DNA from: the human T2T-CHM13v2.0 reference genome, Homo sapiens
Assembly (NCBI RefSeq): GCF_009914755.1
Contig: NC_060932.1
Reading direction: 5' to 3' (one strand)
Length of the DNA stretch: 64,000 nucleotides
Both the position numbers and the translations under genes were made by a program. This document shows positions 56,506-64,000 of this stretch, in pieces. The notes below the pieces were generated by a model, which did no database searches, had not been told where the DNA came from, and saw only the letters and a program-made list of their open reading frames with translations. Every line of letters starts with the position of its first letter. Position 1 is the first letter of the stretch.

Positions 56506-58159
56506 TGTAGTTATACATTTTCCCAGGCAAGCTGTAGAAAATTTCTTATGTGGTAGGATCAGCTTCTAATCTTTGTGTCAGAGAACTGAAAGCATATTAA
56601 TACTGAGGAAAAAATATTTATTCATGAAACAAAGGAAAAAAACACTTCTATTCTGAGTAAGCCATTGCACTAGGCAGAATTATCTGAACCTTCAAGGCAC
56701 AAAAACAAGGCTATCACATGTAGCTGTGCTTAACATGAAAACAGAGTAGAAAAAATGGATAGTTCAATGTGATTCAAAGCTTTCAATAAATGTGCAGCAG
56801 GAATTTAATGTGACTGTTTATATTAATTTTTTTTCACATAGTACTCCTCATTGTTAAAATATTTTGGAGGGAAAATGACCATTTCTACTCCTTAAAATAA
56901 TTCTAATCAAAGTGAGTGATTGTAGTAAAAAAAATAAATAAGTTATTTGAAGTAGTCAGCTTCTAGTGAAAACATTCCAAGCTCAACAAGCAATTTCTTT
57001 TCCTGTGTTTATCCCTGGGACTCCATTGCTATACCACAGAGATACAGAGTCTTCTATGTGTCTCAGTGCAGAGATTTAATTAACCATGAAGGTGCTTGAT
57101 GGTGAGAAATCCTGCTTATTCATGGGGTTTTAACATCTATGAAAAGGAAATACCATGGTTTTTAGGTCTGGTCACGCAGTCGTACATTTGTGTTGAGAAA
57201 CTTACCGGGAGGGGGCTTATTCCTTAAATAAATAAACTGATTGAAAATATGTGCTGCTGTAGGTGAGAGATACCAGAACGACTGACAGTTGTTCTTCTTA
57301 GATGGATCAAAATAACTTGAATTGGAACTTTACATATATACATATAATGAAAGCAAATGCTGAATAGATGAGAATATATAGTGACACTACCCTGAAGGAT
57401 ATTAATCAGAAAGCATCTTAGAAAACATGTATATGAACAACTTGAAATCACAAGCTCAAGTTAGACCACTTGACTATAATTTCAAATTATGTGATATGAA
57501 TTTATCCCCCAGTGAAAAGTTATTTTTAACCAAGAATAGCCACAATTCAGATTAACCTGAACACTGGAAAAGCAAGTTAGAAAAGCCATATGTCCCTCAA
57601 CAAACTGTAAAATATGAAATAAAAACTGTGAATGTAAAGAATAGATTTCCAGTGCTTTCAACTTCTAAAGTCTGTTTGAAGAAGGCTCAATGCCATTTTT
57701 CATGTGGTGCCATATGTTACCTGGTGGTAATTTTCCCCAGCACTTGGATCCATTTTTGGCTGCATAAACCAGTAACTTGTTTGCAGCCATCAGCTGGTCT
57801 AGACAGACAATTCTTTTGAGATCCATTCTCTTTTGATGGGTTTATCAGATTTCCACCCCTATTTTCCCTTTAAAATTTTCTACATCTTCCTGTCTCTCCT
57901 GTTTGCACATACGACGCAATGACACTCACAGTTGTGCATTGGCCTAACATCTCCAACAGCAGCAGAAACAGCAGGACAGAAGAGCAGTGTATTGTATATT
58001 TTGCACGCCTCCCAAACTTTCCTGTTGGGAATAATTCCTTCCTTACCTACTTCCGTAAAGATAGCCACCCCTAGCTCACTCTCAGTTTCTTTAAGTAGTG
58101 AATACCAAGGACAGTCTAGACCACCTAAGAAGCAATGAAAAGGGACTTCAAGGAGCACA

Positions 58160-58660
58160 CAATCTGGACACTAGGTTCCTAGATCTGAGCCCTAATTTTG
58201 TCACTGTAATATGTGCAACCCTAGGCAATTACTAAACCTTCTCATGTTCATTTTCCCACCTGCAACAGGGAGGGTAATTGTTGTGAGGGTCTTAGGTTGT
58301 TAAAAAGATTACATGGAAACAGGGCCTAAAAATTTCCTATACCACTTTGGGAGGCCGAGGCGGATGGATCACGAGGTCAGGAGTTCAACACCAGCCTGGC
58401 CAAGATGGTGAAACCCTGTCTCTACTAAAAATAAAATACAAAAAAATTAGTCAAGTGTGGTGGTGGGAGGCTGTAATCCCAGCTACTCGGGAGGCTGAGG
58501 CAGAGAATTGCTTGAACCCGCGAGGCAGAGGTTGCAGTGAGCCGAGATCGCACCACTGCACTCCAGCCTGGGTGACAGAGCAAGACTCCATCTTAAAAAA
58601 AAAAAAGTTTTCTATACCATGCTTGGCATGTTATAAACAGTCAATAAATATTATTCTTAG
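58160..58660 (+). mobile_element. MIR split by an Alu
   Basis: ctaggcaattactaaaccttctc...gttgtgaggg...; resumes as gcttggcatgttataaacagtcaataaatattatt. Confidence 0.7.
58343..58606 (+). mobile_element. 5'-truncated AluSg-group SINE
   Basis: Starts at cactttgggagg; ggatcacgaggtcagg and ccaagatggtg diagnostics; TSD-like aaaatttcctatacca / aaagttttctatacca. Confidence 0.92.
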
Positions 58661-58904
58661 AAAAGGCTAGAGACCTAATCATTTGAAATCCAGTAAAGAG
58701 ACATTAAACACATAAAACAGAGAATTCTTATCTGTAACTACATTGTACAGAGATATTTATTTCCTCTGGCAAGCACTATGTTGTATAAGTAGAAAAAAAG
58801 AGTTCAGTCCATAGAGAGTATTACTTAAAAAAAAAAAAAAAAGAGTAGGGAGTGCTTTAATCAAGTTGTGTTCAACCACGGGGATATTTTTTGTTTATTT
58901 TCAG

Positions 58905-59065
58905 AGCAGAAGGACTGTGCTCTGGTAGTCCTGTCCTGCCGGATGTGTGAGATATTTAAAAATCAATTCCAGAAATCAAAGCAGTACTGTTCAAGATGCA
59001 TCAAGGGCTAGATTTGAGCCACATGGTCAATGTAAATAATGTAAAGGTATAAGTCACACTTTACG
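58905..59065 (+). other. Candidate non-coding internal exon
   Basis: Acceptor ttttttgtttattttcAG| and donor ACG|GTAAGT, 161 nt apart. Confidence 0.35.
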
Positions 59066-61839
59066 GTAAGTTGAACAAAATAGAAGGAACACGGCAAGCT
59101 AATGAAATAATTAAAATCAGTGGAAAATAACCAGTTGTTTTGTTCCAGAAATGAAAAAAAATGTCCATTTCTATAGACATATCACTTAGCCCTAAATATA
59201 TATACACATGTATATATGATGGCTACAAATGAGTTTGCGATTTTCCTCTGAAAGTATTTGAGCAGGAAATAAAACCTTTTCCCAGTGGATGAAATAACAG
59301 TCATTTCTGCCAATCTAAGCAAGGCAGATTTAAATTTTATATGTGTCCAACTGCTTGTTCCCTCTTAGCTAATAACCGGCATGCTGGAAACATTTCAAAT
59401 GAAAGGGAGTTCACAGCCCCACAACTCGGCTCTGAATATATCTACCATGCATGTAAACAAGTAAACCATTATGTTTCTTATTGAGATAAAGAACACAATG
59501 ATAAGTGGGGACTTTCACAAAACAAAGAGCTTCCTATTGCGAGTGTGGATAATCTTCCAGAAAACCCTGTGTTTTGGCAAATCATGCCAGATTCATCTAT
59601 TAGGCATCTCCTTTCATTATCAAATTTCCGCTGCCTATCACAGTGGCTGCCTTATCAAGCACCCCTTTTTTAATAGCAGCCCCATTCCTAAGATTTCAGA
59701 TGCTGGCCTTCCCTGCTCAGAAAACAGGTGTCCCTACTGTTTGCAGGCAGCAAAGGTCCCTGCACAGAAGCCTGGGAAAGGGCAGGGCTATCAGGCTCTG
59801 TTCTACCTGAAGGAACAGGTAACAGAAAACTGTTGATTCAATGAATAGAACTTAATTGGCACACATTAGCCAGGAGTGAGTGTTTTTTAGAATTAAAATT
59901 CCTTTAAAAGTTCCCACTGACAAGAAAAGCTTTAAAACATAAAGCATAGAAGATTTTGTTTTCTAATAATCAAGTGGACAGCGCCAAACAATAGAACTAT
60001 TCTTTACAGAATCCCCTTGTAAACAGAATATTCACCCAAATTCATTCTTAAAATCAGGTATCAAGGTTTATGACAACTTCACAAAGTTACCTGTGGGGCT
60101 TAAGCTGCTGGGCATATTGTCCATATTCAGGGGAAAATACATTTCGTGGCTCTACAAGAGGCTAATATTCCAAGTCAATTAGGATGATGTATCAGGTTTT
60201 CTGGTTCTCAGTGTCTCCACTTGCCAGCCTGTCTTCTCTTTCTTACTTAATAAAACTGGGCATGTGGTTTCTGACCAGCTCTTTTGTGTGCTAGGCCAGG
60301 GTCACTCACCAACATGGAGCAGTGAACCCCACCGTTAACAAAAAACTCTGTTTTAATGGTGATGTGCAAAAATATGCTCAAACACCTGCTTGTTTACAAT
60401 ACAGATAATATTTGTAGGAAAGATATAAATCATGCTTATATTGAAATTTATTTGCAGAGAGTCATTCAGAGGAAGACAGTCATTCTGTTTTGCTTAGTCA
60501 ACACCAAGATTTCTTTAATTTCTCCTTGTCAAATTTGTACCCGTCATGTTTTTGTCTTGCTAGTATTACCTATGCCCATCTGCATTCTCTAGCAAGTAGA
60601 AAGACTTCATTCTCTGCCCTGAACTTAGCCCTTAAAAGTTGGCTGGTGTGTGCTTTACTGTAATAAAATAAAGGCATTCAGGAAGGCCACCGTACTGACA
60701 ACCGGAAGATCCAGTCTGCCTGCAGCTTCCCCGCCTGACGGCGGGACGGCTCAGAGATGGGTGCTGGATCTGCAGGGTGGATAGGAAGCAATTGATAAGC
60801 ACATGCCTTTGCTTCCGGCCCTCTACAGCACCAGCTTTGTTTCATCTACAGATGATTAAATGGTCTACAGGGCAATTATGAACTGAAGGAAGGAACAGCC
60901 AACTCTCTCCAGGTTTCCTCAATCAGCGTGATTGAATTTCTCAAAGGCAGGCAGCAGTAGCAGAAGCAGTTTCAACGACTTTTCCTGGAAAATGTTCGGC
61001 AGCTCAGAATTGAGCCTTTCACTTAACTGCTTGCTGTTTCATTTTATTATGTGCAAATTGTGGTTTAATAGATTTACAGTCACTATAAACCCTCAACTGT
61101 TAGGGTAGCCCAAGTGGCTAGTACACATTAAAATGAATGGTCTGAACCCCAAAAAACTGATACTTGCAAATTCTAAGCAGGAATGCAATAAACTCTATTT
61201 TAATAAACAGCATATTGACATCTTACGCGATTTTCTTTCAAGGAGGAATATTTTTATTACCCTTTATAAATGATAGGAAAATATATGGTATTCATTTAAT
61301 GTGGGGGTAAACTAGAAGGAGCTCTTGAGAAAAGTTGAGATAATTATTTATCATACCACAATGGAAAGGTAAAGTCCTCTTATTTAAACATTGATTTAGG
61401 AATTTATACAGAAGATAAATGTGTATATAAATACACATATTACAAATCTCCATTTTAACAAGAAACAAGTAGATAAACACATGAATTCCTTTCTTCTTCC
61501 TTGCACATTAACAGTAAAACAAAACAAACAAAAAGACCATTGTTTAAATTTAATACACTAATTAAACTTGGACTACTAATTTTGTGTCAGTGTCTTCATC
61601 ATGGGTTTCTATCCACAATGATCACAGCCCGATCAGAATCCCAATGTTTGAGTTATTGGCCTAATATGAATGATGTTTACAGCTGTGTTGAAATAATCTG
61701 TTAGCCAAACAGGGCTTTTGAAAAGCTTTATTAAAACTGTGCAACTGGCATCTAAAAAGGATCCTGGACTTGGTGTCATAATCCCTGCATGCAGTTCCTG
61801 AGGCACGCTGATATACGGTTTGATTTTGGACTCTGATTT

Positions 61840-61990
61840 AGGTTTCACTTTAAACCTCTGGGACTCAGGTTTCTCATCTATTAAATGGGGTTTTATCTTC
61901 CCTGATTGGCTCATGTCATTTTGAGAATTCTGCACCCCCCGCAAAAGTGAAATAGCTTTGACAAATATAAAATGGAACATAAAGAGCATA
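61840..61990 (+). mobile_element. MIR fragment
   Basis: aacctctgggactcaggtttctcatctattaaatgggg. Confidence 0.65.
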
Positions 61991-62097
61991 TTAATGGAAC
62001 AATAACACTGTTAACAAGTTACTGGATAGATTTGATTGGTTGTCTAAGTCAATTAGTTGTCTGCCAATCATCAGCAGCATCGGTAAGGATTTTGATC

Positions 62098-62501
62098 TGT
62101 TAAAAGAAAAACCTTACACAAATTAAATTTAACAGAGTTTAATTGAGCAAAGAATGACTTGTGAATCAGGCAGCTTCCAGAGCCCAACTAGGCTCAGGAG
62201 AGACTCCAGCACAGCCACGTGGTGGAAGAAGACTTAGGGACAGAAAAAGGGAAGTGATGTTAAGAAAACTTAAGTAAGCTATGGAAGCAGCGGGATTAGT
62301 TATAGCTCTGTGTTTGCCTTATTTGAACACAGTTTGAACAGTTGCCCCCCTTTGATTGGCTAAAGCTTGGTGATTGGCACAAGAGTAGGTTATAGTCTGT
62401 TTACCCCACCAATTAGGTTGCAGTTCACTATGTACTGAGATACCTTTAGGCCGAATTTAAAATATGTAAGGAGGCAGCTTTAGGCTAAACTTGGTTTAAC
62501 A
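62098..62501 (-). mobile_element. MER57B-like ERV1 solo LTR
   Basis: tgttaaaagaaaaac...aaggaggcagctttaggctaaacttggtttaaca; TG...CA ends; perfect 4-bp TSD GATC (62094-62097 and 62502-62505). Confidence 0.88.
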
Positions 62502-64000
62502 GATCGCAACACTATAAAAGCAGCCTGCAAGAGAAAGGAGATAAAACAAGTTAATGTAATAAACTCTTTTACATTGTGACTTAAGTTTCCAAGAGAATCA
62601 CATCAGAAATAGCATATATTAATGATTATGTAATGGTTTGTAGCCATTTTAAGTGTGAGCAGTTGATGGTTTAATAACTAGACTACTGTTTGAATGCTTA
62701 AATCCAGGGGTGGTTAAGTCTGGACTATTTCATGACTAGGCAGAACAAAGTAAGTCCTAACTTTACATGACTTGTAGGAAGCAAACACAAATCGGTAAAT
62801 ATTGAATAATGAAAATGTCTATGAAACTTTTGCCAGGATAATATAATTTCTTTTAGCATTATTTAGAGTAAGAGACTCTTTCTGCCTTAAATCATATAAT
62901 AGAACCTATGATCAAATACTAATCTTAGGAATATGAGTTCAAGTCACTGATTTGAGTGAAATAATTTTAAACATTTAAATAATAAATTTTTACTCAGCAG
63001 TAATTTTATTGACATTTATTTTTCCTATGAGCGTTTTCCAAAGGAAAATCAACTTAATATATTAGAGATTAGATTAAATAATTAGTGAATTATTCAGACT
63101 TCCAATGGTCTATTTTAACTTTCAGCAACATCTGTAAAAAGAGAAAAAAATATAAAACTCATGTCAATTCGATCTCTACCTTTTAAAAAGTGGCAAAAGA
63201 CTTGAAATTGTAGGGAAAGAGCTGATTCCTTTGCTTTGTACATACTTTATGTCAGGTAGAGAATGTGGTGCAGATTTTAATATGTTTAAATTCACTGCTA
63301 TTCTTATCTGAAGATGGTTGGCATTATGTAATTCATTTAGAAGTAATTAATGAGATGGATACCAGACAAACTAAATGGGACAAGAAAATAAAAATTTGGG
63401 GTAAAGATGTGTTAAAGCAAAAATCAACTTATAGAAAGAGAAATATAAAAATGTTTGCTGAGAAATTTACTTTGATTACCCACAGGGTCTTTGAATTGGA
63501 CTAAAAAATCCCAAAGATGTTTTTAAAAATGTGTACATGTTTAAATAAGTTAATGTCTCTACATATCTTTATTTTGTTTACAAATTTCTCATCTTTATAA
63601 AAAAAGGAATATATAATTATTCATTGAGAAACATTTGGGAAAACATTTCTTTATGATATGCCCTTGAAATAACATCTGTTTTGTATAATGTAGATAGGAG
63701 AAAAATCCTTATCCATCCACACAGCCACTTAAAGTGTAAGAATATATAAAGTATAATGTGATTTGCTGCATTTTTGTTGTGAAATATAATATTAAAGTGG
63801 ATCAGATGCTCCCAACTGTAATTTTAAAATTGTGTAGACTTCTACACTTCATTAACAAACTACAGATGTATAGATAATAAGACTCTTTATTGGACAATAT
63901 GCTATTATGCAGCTGTTAGCACAATGCAGTAAAGAAGGTCATTTGCAAATCTCATTAATAGTTCTACCATTTTCCACCACTTGAATGAAAAGTGATAATG

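Noticed and set aside
59976-59985. REST/RE1 right half-site GGACAGCGCC
   Set aside because: The left half (TCAGCACC) is absent, so a functional site is not supported.

Overview
This is primate, human-like non-coding genomic DNA: it carries AluJ/AluS, FAM, L1PA, MER57, MaLR, MIR, L2 and L3 repeats. I can support no cellular protein-coding exon. All convincing long ORFs belong to one full-length but disabled L1PA element (35125-41334); the rest are GC-rich CpG-island or Alu artefacts. The first ~12.5 kb looks like a complex promoter region. It has CpG islands at ~0.9-1.8 kb and ~9.8-10.8 kb, a weaker CpG-rich block at ~11.6-12.5 kb, and a CpG-retaining (GA)n-flanked block at ~7.4-8.2 kb. Three of these blocks have a minus-strand splice donor on their low-coordinate side, suggesting alternative non-coding first exons of a gene transcribed leftwards out of the window. 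I could not identify that gene. From ~18 to 58 kb the sequence is a dense, nested fossil record of transposons. The most notable observations are an orphan ~75-80 nt polyadenylated retro-insert at an L1 endonuclease site (34808-34950), a short 3' transduction on the L1PA, a perfect 16-bp-arm palindrome inside a candidate exon, and candidate plus-strand lncRNA exons. I found no evidence for a wholly new biological system. Repeat subfamily calls come from recalled consensus features, not from database searches.
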